Both the position numbers and the translations under genes were made by a program. Shown here one piece after another: positions 38,585 to 50,818 of a DNA stretch of 64,000 nucleotides. Location: assembly GCF_964204645.1 (NCBI RefSeq), contig NC_134030.1, positions 2,522,778 to 2,586,777 on the forward strand. Direction: 5' to 3'. This DNA comes from Tubulanus polymorphus. Its lineage: Eukaryota > Animalia > Nemertea. Numbering within the stretch: position 1 is the first letter of the stretch; each line of letters begins with the position of its first letter. A model generated the notes under the pieces. The model saw only the letters and a program-made list of their open reading frames with translations. It was not told the DNA's origin and ran no database searches.

Positions 38585-41500
38585 TCATTTTCTAATAAAG
38601 CACACTTACAAATTGTAATCAGTGTGTTATACATCAGAATAGAATAAACGTGAGCTGATAAAATAGTAATCTAAAGAACCAGGGCTGGGTTTCATAGATG
38701 TGGAAGAAAAATAGTCCCTGGGAACATTTTGAAATTTGTCAGTTACAGCCATGGTTTCTCCTTGTAACTATGGTGGTTGTTTACCAGATTTAGGATTTAT
38801 CCCTAGGGATAACTTTGATATTCAGTCTATGAAACCAGGCCCAGGAGAATAAATATTGAGTTAAAATAAGCTAAGTCTTCATTGCACTGACACTGCACCG
38901 TGGTAGACCAAAGTCCAACCTACGTAACTGACCACTGTGGAACTGGATTAAGATCTGTAGAAATGGTTCCTGATAAAAGTTACACACAGACTCAAAAGAC
39001 TTACGTTTTTTCAAATATTTTTCGACATCGTGCTTTGCGCGAGCTATCACTTGTTGTTGTTGCGTTTGAGCACTCTGGGTGACGGTTAACAAGTCCGAAT
39101 CATAGACATCATAGTACAATTTACCGGGACTGCTCAGTTCTAAAATAGACACACAGTGAACAGCATGAAAGATTTGTGAAACTGAACTCTTGGTTTCTAA
39201 AACCGCTAAATGCATCAGAATGATTAAAAACTTCATAAACCATTAATAGTTCAGAATTTTTACAGCTTTCCTGATTTTCCATACCCCTAACTTACATATC
39301 GCCAATCTAGAACAGGCAATGTAGGCGCATTCCAAGAAAATAAGTACCAATTAATAATACCATCAAAAAAGTGTTTTCATTAAGTTTGTTATCTAATGTC
39401 AAGTAAAACCTTTAGGCATACATAGTCTAAAATTCAAAATAGAAGGAAAATCTTATGCCTTTGCCATAGATAAAAAACTTCCATAGCTTTTCAAGGGCCT
39501 GGAAAAAGTTTCCAATTTTCCAAAACTTTTCAAAATCCTGTTAGAACACTGTGAGTATATGTACTTTCCAAAGATTTCGAGATCGATTTCGTTGATAGCA
39601 ATTCTGCCTCATCAGGTATAACTAACTATTATGCATCAACAGGCATAAGACAAGTTTGTACTGAATTGATAACAGCGTAATCAATCTTCAAATGTCTGGA
39701 AAATATATATGCTATTATCCAATAATAAAGTTCTTAACCCTTTCAGTGCTGACTAATTAATACCCTATAGTGCTGGAGAAAATTTGAAAATTCTAAAAAA
39801 TTCCACCCTAGTGTGTTGAACAATGGGAATACCACTATAGTGCGTCTACACTGCGGTGCGGTGTATCGTTAGTTACTAGTATTTCACTATGTTTGACACT
39901 TTCTGCCATTTTTCAATAGAGATAATTACAAATTACTAATTACATCAATACACCGCAGTGCGGTGTACTAGCAAAATCCATCACTGATTTATACACCGCA
40001 CTGCGGTGTAGACGCACTGAAAGGATTAATCATCTTGATTCTATCGTGGTATTACAAATTCGGTTTATCAGAAATCATATATATGGACTGCTTACCCATA
40101 TCTGCCCAGAAAGGTGCGATTATCGACGTTCCCAGAGCCTGTGTCCCTTTTGCCGTAAGCGGTTTAGGTATCGGTGAATTCAATTTCGGACGAGTTGGAT
40201 TCAAAACCAGTCCTATATATCCACTAGTACAAACCTACAATTTACACAGCAAATTTGAACGTTTAATGTGAATTTGATAATCATGAAATTAAGAATATCT
40301 TCTGTGTGAACTGATACAAACTTACTTCTTTTAAATGGATTTTTAAGATCTCTAATCTTTACGCAATTTTTCTATGATCTTTTATTTGCACTTGGACAAT
40401 ACTCTAATATCTAAACAGTTCGACTATTATGAACTAATCGTATTTTTCAATGTAGCCACTTTTATTTGACTTGCTTTTCCCCTGACTATTCCCTGATGTT
40501 CTTTTCCCTGACTTGATCTGCTAAGAATCGAATCAATTAATACAGTAAAATAAATAAGACATAGATAGATGTCTGATCATATACGCGATCTAGCTATTAC
40601 AAAAAATTTCCCTGACTTTTCCATAATTTTCAACTTTTTTACAAAATCCCCTGATTATTCTGCAACTGTTCCATGATTTCCAGCTACCCTATTTTCATAC
40701 TGTATTTCTAAATATTGATAATCGTGCGCAAATATTTTATTTTGAGTATTTTACGACATAAAGCTCTGTCATTTCACTTACATAAAATTGCTGAGGAAAC
40801 TCTGTATCGGGATAGCTTGAACCGTCTGGCATTTTCACCATACCGCTTATACCAGACAGCATCAAACCACCAGGAATAACAATCGGATCTGAACACTGAC
40901 CTCGTCCAGTTGCAGTCGTCTGCACTGTACCAGCCGGGTAAAATAGTCCATCTGTAAATCAGTCAATACGAAAACAGTTTTTCAATTAAAAATTCTGATC
41001 AAAATTAGACATAGGATTTACATTGGATATCTGATTTTCTTCTTTTTTTTTCATCAGCCAATTTATCGATATTAATATCGATGGTTTTGAGTTAATAGTT
41101 AAAGATTAGTTCATTTTCAATATTTCAACTAAATTGATTACCGGGTAGTCAGATTTTAACTCAGAACTGTTGAAGTGAATCCTGTATTTCATGAAGGGTG
41201 CTACAGATCTGACACTACGTGTACATAAAATCCATAACCGTAGGGCCAACATTTGTTTTCAATTGCAACATTAATGAAACTTACCGCAGTTTTTGCCATT
41301 GAAACCCGGGGTACATGTACAAGTGTAACTACCGGTTGGTTGGTTCGCACAAGTTCCATGAACACATATGGGGGGAGACTGGGCACACTCATCGATGTCT
41401 GAAATATTCAAAACTCAACACTTTAGATGTCGCCGTGTTTCTTCTCAGTTGCTACAAGAAATCTTATATTTAGGAATGGAGCTACTTAATAATCAGCTTT

Positions 41501-44500
41501 TGTTCATAATTGACCTATAAGTAGGCCTAGTGAGTGATGGCAGACCTGGAACTAACAGATAACTCGTAGTCAACAAGAGACACATCTTAAAGAATATTGC
41601 TGTATCAATAAGTCTCGGGTACTAATCCACTGATTGTGTCATTTTAGCCGCGATAACACGAGCATTTTTGGCCCGGGCCAAATATTAGCACCAGACAAAT
41701 GATTGCGTTTGAATTGCAACTGGTACCGGAAATGATCCACTTCGCTTTGTTTGAGCATTGTTTAGTATCGAGTGAATGGTTTGCGTGTGAACGCGCTCTC
41801 TAATTAGGCACGGGCCAAATTTGGCCTGAGCCTGATCGGTGCCAATTTGGCCCGGGCCAAATCGTCTCCTTGTGATCGCGGCTTTTATTTCAGTATCTAT
41901 TTTGATGTTTTGTTTTACCTGTTGTACAGTCGACGCCTTTCCAACCAGCAGCGCAAGTACATTTATATGAACCAAGAAGGTTTTTACAAGTTCCGCTATT
42001 TTGACAAGGATTCGTCGGTGTGCATTCGTCAATGTCTGCGTTAAGAGAAGCATTCATTTAATAAAGATTCCACTAGATATAAATGAACTCATAGTTTAGA
42101 GATAAGGTTAAATGTGGGCTCAGGGTCCAGTGGATACCCGATACCTGAGGCGGATTAAGCAGGTGATGTCGAGGGTTCGAACCCCTGCCTTTCCATTTAA
42201 GTTGCCCTTTTTTTTACAAAGATCATCAAAGCCTGCAAATTTGACAATGATCCTCCCGGAATTTGTATCTTATAGGATGCATATCTTCAAAAATATCTTA
42301 ACACCAAGGGAGGGACCCCACTAGTAGCTAGTAGCCTTTGACATGGCTGCTATATCCGAGAAATGCCTACATCTGCCCTTGGATATAGAGTGACAATCAA
42401 AACCGTATCGTAATCATGATATATATTCAACAGTCGAAGAAATAACTCGCCAAGATAACAAAGACATCGTTAAAAATGTTTTGAAAATTCTCTCACCTTG
42501 ATCGCAATTTTTTCCTTTCCATCCTGAATTACACTGACATGTATAAGCACCACTAGCGGTACCCGCTGTACAATTTCCATTTTTACAAGGTTTTTGTGAT
42601 ATGCAGCGATCTTCTGCAAAAACAAAGCAAATACACGGTTATTCATCAGCGAGCAAATAATCCTGAAGCCGTAACCATACAAAATACTAAAAAAAAATTC
42701 ATTTTTCCGAAGATTCCTGAACTCAATTTATCTTTCATACCATAATAATCGTATGAATGAGAAGCATCGTGCAAATTATCATGCACCGATTTATAAGATT
42801 TACGTAAGCTTTTCGTGCCTGAAGAACTCGATAAAACAGCTCATCGTGTATCCCGCCCGCGCTTGAGCAGCCTCACAACTAGGGAAGTAGTTTTTGATTT
42901 ATCAGAACCACAAAACCATGTGAAACTAATAACGTGCATATAGTACAATGCCGGTACCTGTCTTACAAGTTGGACCTGAAAACCCTGTTTCACAAATGCA
43001 TTCGTAATGCACTGAACCCAGTGGTTTGCAGGCTCCGTTTAAGCAAGGACGATTCCTTTCGCACATATTTAAAATCCTTCCTAAAATTATTGAAGGATAG
43101 CTTTTTTAAAAAACGTTGACCGAAACGCGAGACAATTGTATCTTGTTTTCAACTGGGATAACATGTTCATCCTTATTCATTCATAACGAGGCAACAAAAA
43201 TGCAGATATGCTTAATGCTGGTTTGTTTGACTTTATGAAATGTTTCAGACAATCCTACGAATTTATTACCTGTATTACAATTGGCACCAGAGAATCCAGT
43301 TTCACAGTTACATGTAGCTGCAGGTGATGCTCCAGCTGCTGCTTTCGTACATACACCATTATTTTTGCAGTACGGGATTTTGTTGTCACAAGGATGAATT
43401 TCGCAAATCGGCCCGGAGAAACTGTTCACACATGCGCACGTATTAGAAGCAGAAGCACATGTTCCACTGTTCATACACGGCACATTAATACCGGCGCCAC
43501 ACGTTACTGAAATCAGAATAATCATTTGTACGTATCATTTACTCATGTCAGTTGTTTAGTGACAACTAGAAAGAGTCAATATTTACCGACATCGCAGTTA
43601 GCACCAGATAAACCTGGTTTACAGGTGCATTTAGCCAGTGTATTATTGGTTGGGTCTGTTATACATGAAGCAGTTCTTACATTGAATTTACAACTTCCAG
43701 ATTGATTGCATGGATCTGAAGAAAAATACAAGAAGATTGTAAACTAATCAATCAAAATCATAGAGACCATGATGACCAAAGGGCACTTTCAGAATACCTC
43801 TCATCATAACATTTCAAAGAAACTTTAGCTGAACAAAGCTGCAATCAGATTTGGCATGTGCTTAATTAGAGCGTGCATTCAGACGTAAATCACTCACTCA
43901 CTAAAGGGGGGAAAGCTATCAATACAATGCTGCTGTGGCAAGTGAGGTGAGTCACTTCCACAACAAATTAGCATTCACACGTAATTATCTGACACGGACC
44001 AAAAAAACTTGCGCAATCGCGGCTTATGTTTTACTAACCGGATACGGAGCAATCAGTACCAGTGTAACCAGTAACTGCAGTATTACAGATGCACTTTTTG
44101 TTTGCAGCATCACAAGTTCCCGGATTACACGGTGCATTATCTACTCCACATGTTACTAAAAGATTGAAATATCATTATTTATTAAGTAAAAATACATGTA
44201 TGTTTGAGACTAATTCTTTTATAAGTTTTGTACTGAGTTCATATTTACCGACATCGCAGTTAGCACCAGATAAACCTGGTTTACAGGTGCATTTTGCAAC
44301 TGTATTATCGGTTGGGTCTGTAACACATGTAGTAGTTCCGACTTGGAATTTACAACTTCCAGATTTGTTGCATGGATCTGAAAAAGAATACAACAGTAAT
44401 TTTGTTGATTACCTCGTGGACTAGGAGTGTGTTACTATGATAGTTGTAGGGCCATCTTTATGGATGGCCATTCCCACCAAAAATCAGCTTTTCGTGTATT

Positions 44501-47500
44501 TGCCTGTACATTAATAAAATATCATAGTCTAAACTCAAATTGTGTAAATGCAACACTAAATCGTACTCTCGACTAATTGACACAAGAGGGCGATACTGTA
44601 TGTACGGATGATATATTTGTCATATTTTTCCCGATATATAACATATCAGGCACTTTCAGAATACCTCTCATCATAACATTTCAAAGAAACTTTAGCTGAA
44701 CAAAGCTGCAATCAGATTTGGCATGTGCTTAATTAGAGCGTGCATTCAGACGTAAATCACTCACTCACTAAAGGGGGGGAAAGCTATCAATACAATGCTG
44801 CTGTGGCAAGTGAGGTGAGTCACTTCCACAACAAATTAGCATTCACACGTAATTATCTGACGCGGACCAAAAAAACTTGCGCAATCGCGGCTTATGTTTT
44901 ACTAACCGGATACGGAGCAATCAGTACCAGTGTAACCAGTAACTGCAGTATTACAGATGCACTTTTTGTTTGCAGCATCACAAGTTCCCGGATTACACGG
45001 TGCATTATCTACTCCACATGTTACTAAAAGATTGAAATATCATTATTTATTAAGTAAAAATACATGTATGTTTGAGACTAATTCTTTTATAAGTTTTGTA
45101 CTGAGTTCATATTTACCGACATCGCAGTTAGCACCAGATAAACCTGATTTACAGGTGCATTTTGCCAGTGTATTATCATTTGGGTCTGTAACACATGTAG
45201 TAGTTCCGACTTGGAATTTACAACTTCCAGATTTGTTGCATGGATCTGAAAAAGAATACAACAGTAATTTTGTTGATTACCTCGTGGACTAGGAGTGTGT
45301 TACTATGATAGTTGTAGGGCCATCTTTATGGATGGCCATTCCCACCAAAAATCAGCTTTTCGTGTATTTGCCTGTACATTAATAAAATATCATAGTCTAA
45401 ACTCAAATTGTGTAAATGCAACACTAAATCGTACTCTCGACTAATTGACACTAGAGGGCGATACTGTATGTACGGATGATATATTAGTCATATTTTTCCC
45501 GATATATAACATATCAGGTAATATCCCGTATATTTTCATTAGACATAATACTTAAATATTTTGAATGTAGACCGTGACATTTTAAGTTTAGACAAATAGA
45601 CGAGAATGGCTGCCCATACATGTTAGCAAGGGGAATCGTTATAAGGGTAAGTGTAAGTAATAGGGCTGTAATTGGTTTTACTAACCCGCTGTGGAGCAAT
45701 CGACACCAGAGAATCCAGTTTTACAGTCACATGTAGCTGCAGGTGATGCTCCGGCTGCTGCTTTCGTACATACACCATTATTTTTGCAGTACGGGATAAT
45801 GTTGTCGCAAGGATGAATTTCGCAAATCGTTCCGGTGAAACTGTTCACACATGTGCATTTACCGGTATTAGAATCACATGTTCCGCCATTTTTACATGGA
45901 GCACTACCGGTGCCACATGTTACTGAAATCAGAATAATCATTCGATAATTAACAATGGGGGAAATCCGGACTGACGACCGCAACAAATGAGCAACGACAA
46001 GATTTCACTTAGTTACCATAGATACGGGTGGGGCGTGAGTTGCTTCAGATCGGAGATACACCTGCGTATAGTTTGAATCTCATCTCTAACATGCAGGGTA
46101 TTCATACTTAATAATCATAACGTGTAGGGTACTCATACAAGGTACAAGGTACTCATACTTAATAATCAAGCGTGTATGGTACTCGTACAAGGTACAGGGT
46201 ACTCATACTTAATAATCAAACATGTTGTTTGGTACTCATACAAGGTACAGGGTACTCAATTCTCAGTGCTTTTACCCAACCTGGGTATTTGTATTCAATT
46301 ATGAAACAGGGCAACCATTGATAAAACATTGCATCCATGTTGTGTGAGAGATCCCCGCAATAAAGATGTTTCGACTATATCCTGAGAGTTTGAAGATGAC
46401 TATTGGAATATAGTCGAGAATCGAAAAATACTAGCTCAAGGAATACAGGGTCCAGTTTCACAGTTAACTAATTTAAAATGATCTTACTTTAACTCTAGAG
46501 TTAACTAAAGCTCACAACTGTGGAACTGGGTGCTGTATCCCTGAAGATGACTATCAGAATATAGTCGAAACATCAAAACTACTGGCCCAAAGGAAATAGC
46601 TTCAGACTTTATTTCTTCGTAATCATCGTGGGATATTCTATATAAAACAGGGCATTCATCGATTTCTCATCCTTTTTGTCTTGGGAGTCAGCGTTACGAT
46701 GCAGCGTACCCATACGCAGCACTACGATGCAACATACCGTACTCCTCTCCTCACATTCAAACAGCGAAGTGATCAATGATTTTGGTTTTAATGTCAAACA
46801 CAGCAATGAAGAGATACAGCAATTTAAATGTCTAGTTGTCACAAACTGAAGACCAGACTACGTGATACCTCTAATTGTAGTAGTTTCCACCTAAACATTC
46901 CAGTAATTTCACATCATCAAAAATGATAGTTGAATTGAAAATGAACTAGAAATTATTCTGAATTTTAGTAGAAGTTTTTTGGAGTAGTTGCGAGTTCCTT
47001 AAAAAAAGAGAAAAAACTACTTTCAAATAGCTGTTGTAGTCGGGTCTGCAAACATTCACTCACACATCTTTAATTGACAGAAAAAATATGAGCTTGAATG
47101 AAGAAAGCAATGACGATGAAAAGAAGATAAAACCCACTATGAAAAAATTAGAAGAATTGTGAAATCATGAATTTATTTTCAAAAATCTAAATGACACAAC
47201 AGAGATCATCCTAGAGATCATCATCGGGTGATCTCTAGGGTGAGATCGATTGATAAAATAAATTCTGGATTTTAAAATTCTTCTAATTTATACATAGTGG
47301 GTTTTGATCCCATTATCTGTTCACCACGTGTGAGTGTACATGTTATTCTACTACAATGATGAAGAAGTTTTGATATTAGTACGATGACCATGAACAAGAT
47401 CCCCCCCCCCCCCCCAGTATTAAGTATTATCCCATGTAGATATTCTCTAATCATATTTCACTTAATTTGAACCTTCTCAACAAAATTGTTTCATTCACTC

Positions 47501-50500
47501 AAGCTAGAGACACTCTACGAACGTCAGAAATTCACCGCAAACTTTTCAGTAATCCCCCCATGCTTAATCTGAATGTCAATCTATTACCATTCTGTAATCC
47601 ACATCTAATAACTATATGAAAAAAATATATTGATGCAGAAAATTAGGCAGTGTACTATTAATAATCGAATACATAATATGTCGATCTCCTTTTTAACCCT
47701 TTCATTACATGTACCCTGCCATGAGGTGTACAGTCCATCCACCCTACAGTATGCCTACTCTACAATGTGGTGTAGTCCATCCACCCTACAGTATGCCTAC
47801 CCTGCCATGTGGTGTACAGTCCACCCAACCTACAGTATGCCTACTCTACAATGTGGTGTACAGTCCACCCACCCTACAGTATGCCTACTCTACAATGTGG
47901 TGTACAGTCCACCCACCCTACAGTATGCCTACTCTACAATGTGGTGTACAGTCCACCCAACCTACAGTATGCCTACTCTACAATGTGGTGTAGTCCACCC
48001 AACCTACAGTATGCCTACTGTACAATGTGGTGTACAGTCCACCCAACCTACAATATGCCTACTCTACAATGTGGTGTAGTCCATCCAACCTACAGTATGC
48101 CTACTCTACAATGTGGTGTAGTCCATCCAACCTACAGTATGCCTACCCTGCCATGTGGTGTACAGTCCACCCAACCTACAGTATGCCTACCCTGCCATGT
48201 GGTGTACAGTCCACCCAACCTACAGTATGCCTACTCTACAATGTGGTGTAGTCCACCCAACCTACAGTATGGCTACCCTGCCATGTGGTGTACAGTCAAC
48301 CCAACCTACAGTATGCCTACCCTGCCATGTGGTGTACAGTCAACCCAACCTACAGTATGCCTACTCTACAATGTGGTGTAGTCCATCCAACCTACAGTAT
48401 GCCTACTCTACAATGTGGTGTAGTCCATCCAACCTACAGTATGCCTACCCTGCCATGTGGTGTACAGTCAACCCAACCTACAGTATGCCTACCCTGCCAT
48501 GTGGTGTACAGTCCACCCAACCTACAGTATGCCTACCCTACAATGTGGTGTAGTCCATCCACCCTACAGTATGCCTACTCCACAATGTGGTGTAGTCCAT
48601 CCACCCAACAGTATGCCTACCCTACAATGTGGTGTAGTCCATCCACCCTACAGTATGCCTACCCTACAATGTGGTGTAGTCCATCCACCCTACAGTATGC
48701 CTACTCTACAATGTGGTGTAGTCCACCCAACCTACAGTATGCCTACTCTACAATGTGGTGTAGTCCACCCAACCTACAGTATGCCTACTCTACAATGTGG
48801 TGTAGTCCACCCAACCTACAGTATGCCTACTCTACAATGTGGTGTAGTCCACCCAACCTACAGTATGCCTACCCTGCCATGTTGCGTACAGTCCATCCAA
48901 CCTACAGTATGCCTACCCTGCCATGTGGTGTACCGTCCATCTAACCTACAGTATGCCTACCCTGCCATGTGGTGTACCGTCCATCCAACCTACAGTATGC
49001 CTACTCCACAATGTGGTGTAGTCCATCCACCCTACAGTATGCCTACCCTGCCATGTGGTGTACAGTCCATCCAACCTACAGTATGCCTACCCTGCCATGT
49101 GGTGTACCGTCCATCTAACCTACAGTATGCCTACCCTGCCATGTTGTGTACAGTCCATCCAACCTACAGTATGCCTACCCTGCCATGTGGTATACCGTCC
49201 ATCCAACCTACAGTATGCCTACCCTGCCATGTGGTGTACCGTCCATCCAACCTACAGTATGCCTACTCCACAATGAGGTGTAGTCCGTCCATCCTACAGT
49301 ATGCCTACTCTACAATGTGGTGTAGTCCATCCACCCTACAGTATGCCTACTCTACAATGTGGTGTACAGTCAACCCACCCAACAGTATGCCTACTCTACA
49401 ATGTGGTGTAGTCCATCCAACCTACAGTATGCCTACTCTACAATGTGGTGCACAGTCAACCCACCCAACAGTATGCCTACTCCACAATGTGGTGTAGTCC
49501 ATCCACCCTACAGTATGCCTACCCTGCCATGTGGTGTACAGTCCACCCAACCTACAGTATGCCTACCCTGCCATGTTGTGTACAGTCCATCCAACCTACA
49601 GTATGCCTACCCTGCCATGTGGTGTACCGTCCATCCAACCTACAGTATGCCTACCCTGCCATGTGGTGTACCGTCCATCCTACAGTATGCCTACTCTACA
49701 ATGTGGTGTAGTCCATCCACCCTACAGTATGCCTACTCTACAATGTGGTGTAGTCCATCCACCCTACAGTATGCCTACTCTACGATGTGGTGTACAGTCA
49801 ACCCACCCAACAGTATGCCTACTCTACAATGTGGTGTAGTCCATCCACCCTACAGTATGCCTACTCTACAATGTGGTGTAGTCCACCCAACCTACAGTAT
49901 GCCTACCCTGCCATGTGGTGTACAGTCCAACCAACCTACAGTATGCCTACTCTACAATGTGGTGTAGTCCACCCACCCTACAGTATGCCTACCCTGCAGT
50001 GTGGTGTATTTATCAATTATTTAAATCTTCTATTGAAAGATACCAGAGCACGTATCAATATTGTAAAATATTCACAAATAAGATACACCGCATAGAAGTG
50101 AGCATTCACATGGAATAATTTGACACAAGCAGAGACGAACCCATTTGGCATCAGTGCCCGGGGTCTGAGCCAGCACTAGCCAAATTTTGAGCGAGCAAAA
50201 ATGCTTGAGGCTTTTTTCTCTTTAATTTGATAGTAAGTTCACTGCTGATATCAAATCAGCATTTCTCGCCTCCTAAGAAATACCCAATGAAAAATCAAAA
50301 GGGTTCAGTTTCATAAAAAGTTTGACCCTTAACCCGAAATTAATTTATTATCAAATCATAGCACTCCATTTGAACAATCATAGAACACTCGATTTGAGTT
50401 CTATGATTAAATCTCTATCTTCATCTAAATCGTTTTAGGAATAAGACTTCTACATGAAACTGGTTACCTGTAAGGATATAAAGTACTTACTTGTGTCACA

Positions 50501-50818
50501 GTTCTTTCCAGCAAGTAAATCAGGAGTTCCACCTGCAGCTGCAAGACAATCACAGGTGTGATCATTACCTGCAACCGGGGTACACACTGCACCACTTTTA
50601 CACGGATCAGGAGTACACCCAGCGGCCGATACTGTCACTGTACAAAACACGGGAAGTAATAGATAACATATACACAGCAGATTAAACAGTTTAATCCAAC
50701 TAAAATCTTTAATCCGTGCGTCATAATCTCTCTTAATCCTATCGAAAGAATCTTCGTTAATCTGTCCGCAGTTATCGCTGCTGAAATATCGTTGCGATTT
50801 ATCGAGATTGATTTCCAT
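16946..50818 (-). CDS. Large single-pass EGF/NIDO/AMOP/VWD/EGF/SEA/EGF/TM protein (MUC4/SUSD2/Mesh-related, mucin-like), 46 coding exons, ~2301 aa
   Basis: Exons in transcript order: 50491-50818, 45686-45922, 45117-45245, 44907-45023, 44249-44377, 44039-44155, 43587-43715, 43270-43506, 42958-43080, 42497-42613, 41919-42035, 41285-41398, 40782-40951, 40096-40234, 39005-39139, 38371-38474, 37689-37893, 37022-37309, 36607-36804, 35168-35382, 34749-34931, 34225-34393, 33860-34023, 32816-32951, 32269-32646, 31591-31761, 31123-31290, 30909-31046, 30239-30385, 29927-30046, 29655-29783, 29002-29130, 28486-28608, 27866-27997, 27680-27789, 27376-27434, 26554-26759, 25992-26135, 25305-25433, 24790-24865, 24592-24647, 23713-23803, 22496-22543, 20399-20452, 17609-17750, 16946-17101. 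Total 6906 nt, open frame, GT-AG junctions with matching phases. The start Met and the two short cytoplasmic exons are the least certain parts. Confidence 0.88.
23201..23465. mobile_element. Fold-back Penelope-like (pLTR-type) insertion carrying two inverted minimal hammerhead ribozymes; 12-bp TSD
   Basis: Inverted arms 23201-23308 and 23320-23427, then a 38-nt tail 23428-23465. Flanking direct repeat TATGCTTCAGAA at 23189-23200 and 23466-23477. Each arm contains CTGAAGA-t-gactat-taggat-atagtc-GAAACGTT. Confidence 0.8.
23320..23367 (+). ncRNA. Minimal type I hammerhead ribozyme motif (mirror copy on - strand at 23261-23308)
   Basis: Core CUGAAGA (23327-23333), stem II GACUAU/AUAGUC, GAAA, palindromic loopless stem III ACGU, predicted cleavage after GUU (23360), stem I UUAUUC/GAAAUAA with one bulge. 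Confidence 0.75.
23713..23803 (-). other. Transmembrane-helix exon of the receptor gene
   Basis: AICLGVIFGLLFLIVLIILLIYCFRR: hydrophobic run ending in a basic stop-transfer motif. Confidence 0.9.
23982..24632. repeat. Local ~123-bp tandem units plus a partial duplicate of the pre-TM exon
   Basis: tctgttctaaattcgtccaatcccggaacagag... at ~23982, ~24263 and ~24386; 24130-24217 copies 24545-24632. Confidence 0.8.
24925..25275. mobile_element. Fold-back element with ~100-bp imperfect TIRs and B-box-like motif
   Basis: ggcagggattcgaacctgatggc...ccctgccacactagacc pairs with ggtctagtgtggcagggg...gccatcaggtcggatccctgcc; central CCAAT/ATTGG boxes. Confidence 0.65.
26554..27789 (-). other. SEA domain with inserted RRKR loop
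   Basis: YRVTIKLLRPYSAALQNKGSAEYAQAVKDVQSV...SFSGCTVLSF-SSSAGARRKRNTAGTIP-TTNANTLANF matches the SEA pattern (Y...L.N..S.EY and V..F). Confidence 0.7.
31941..32263 (+). mobile_element. tRNA-derived SINE with CORE-like segment and (TAT)n tail
   Basis: A-box-like GTGGCGTCGCTTTAAGG, B-box GTTCGAACCC, CORE-like GTGTCCTTAGGCAAGGCA, 3' end GGCGCTATACAAAT followed by (TAT)n. Confidence 0.75.
33201..33748. mobile_element. Long near-perfect inverted repeat (fold-back element): ~250-bp arms, ~49-bp spacer
   Basis: 33201-33450 is the reverse complement of ~33500-33748 with only scattered mismatches; lies in an intron of the receptor gene. Confidence 0.85.
33860..35382 (-). other. VWD domain with GDPH autocleavage motif (35360-35371)
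   Basis: MFGDPHIVNLGGTLFTMNGYGEYWL...LQGRT, later VKGLL and W...ESLFNY, as in MUC4/SUSD2/Mesh VWD domains. Confidence 0.85.
35447..36567. repeat. 33-bp intronic minisatellite (~34 copies)
   Basis: Unit GACAGCAGATTGTCTGA(C/G)AGGGTG(C/T)AGGGTACA; fills the intron between the AMOP and VWD exons. Confidence 0.97.
38495..38585. repeat. (AAT)n microsatellite (another at ~33078-33114)
   Basis: Visible directly in the sequence. Confidence 0.95.
38680..38843. mobile_element. MITE with GGGCyGGTTTCATAGA-type TIR; copies at ~28185-28350 and ~59950-60102, short relative at ~20088-20165
   Basis: Colinear ~165-bp copies in both orientations, each with terminal inverted repeats. Confidence 0.7.
39738..40025. 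mobile_element. piggyBac-type MITE, copy 2
   Basis: TTAA|CCCTTTCAGTGC ... GCACTGAAAGGA|TTAA; colinear with 4269-4558. Confidence 0.78.
40475..40690. repeat. Dispersed TTCCCTGAC-rich repeat; copies at ~4630-4810 and ~26838-26995
   Basis: Three loci share a core close to gatctgctaagaat...aattaatacag...agacatagatgg. Confidence 0.55.
41645..41884. mobile_element. MITE with AGCCGyGATCACACG-type TIR; reverse copy at ~53378-53593
   Basis: TIR agccgcgataacacg...tgtgatcgcggct; interior colinear with 53378-53593; partial relatives near 43855-44025 and 44725-44893. Confidence 0.7.
42112..42195 (+). mobile_element. tRNA-like SINE head fragment
   Basis: GTGGGCTCAG...GG (A-box-like) and GGGTTCGAACCCC (B-box); no clean cloverleaf. 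Confidence 0.4.
43782..45518. repeat. Recent tandem duplication (2 x ~868 bp), each unit carrying two EGF exons
   Basis: 43782-44650 and 44649-45518 differ at only ~9 positions; GG microhomology at the junction. Confidence 0.95.
46368..46580 (+). mobile_element. Decayed hammerhead/pLTR copies flanking a small MITE (46447-46535)
   Basis: CTGAAGA-tgactat-cagaat-atagtc-GAAAC-ATC at 46541-46574; degenerate TTGAAGAtgactattggaatatagtcGAGAA at 46390-46420; inverted fragment gtttcgactatatcct at 46368-46383. Confidence 0.55.
47712..50008. repeat. 42/44-bp intronic minisatellite (~53 copies)
   Basis: Unit CCTACAGTATGCCTACTCTACAATGTGGTGT(AC)AGTCCACCCAA, with interspersed variants (ccctgccatg versus tctacaatg). 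Confidence 0.97.

Larger units (their letters stand above)
36607..40951 (-). other. NIDO domain (37689-40951) followed by AMOP domain (36607-37309)
   Basis: NIDO motifs LFYP, IIAPFWADM and TSFQVVVTSDGERTFIVFLY. AMOP motifs CPKTLAQAQRDPNF, CF, RCCYS and LYFKYRP. Confidence 0.85.
41285..50818 (-). other. Signal-peptide exon plus N-terminal array of 14 EGF-like domains of the receptor gene
   Basis: Hydrophobic LFNLLCICYLLLPVFCTVTVSA followed by phase-1 exons with six-Cys EGF spacing. The last two are calcium-binding type (DIDEC...). Confidence 0.85.

Noticed and set aside
47630-50118. Cluster of overlapping Tyr/Cys/Pro-rich ORFs
   Set aside because: Products of the 42/44-bp minisatellite; frames shift with unit length.
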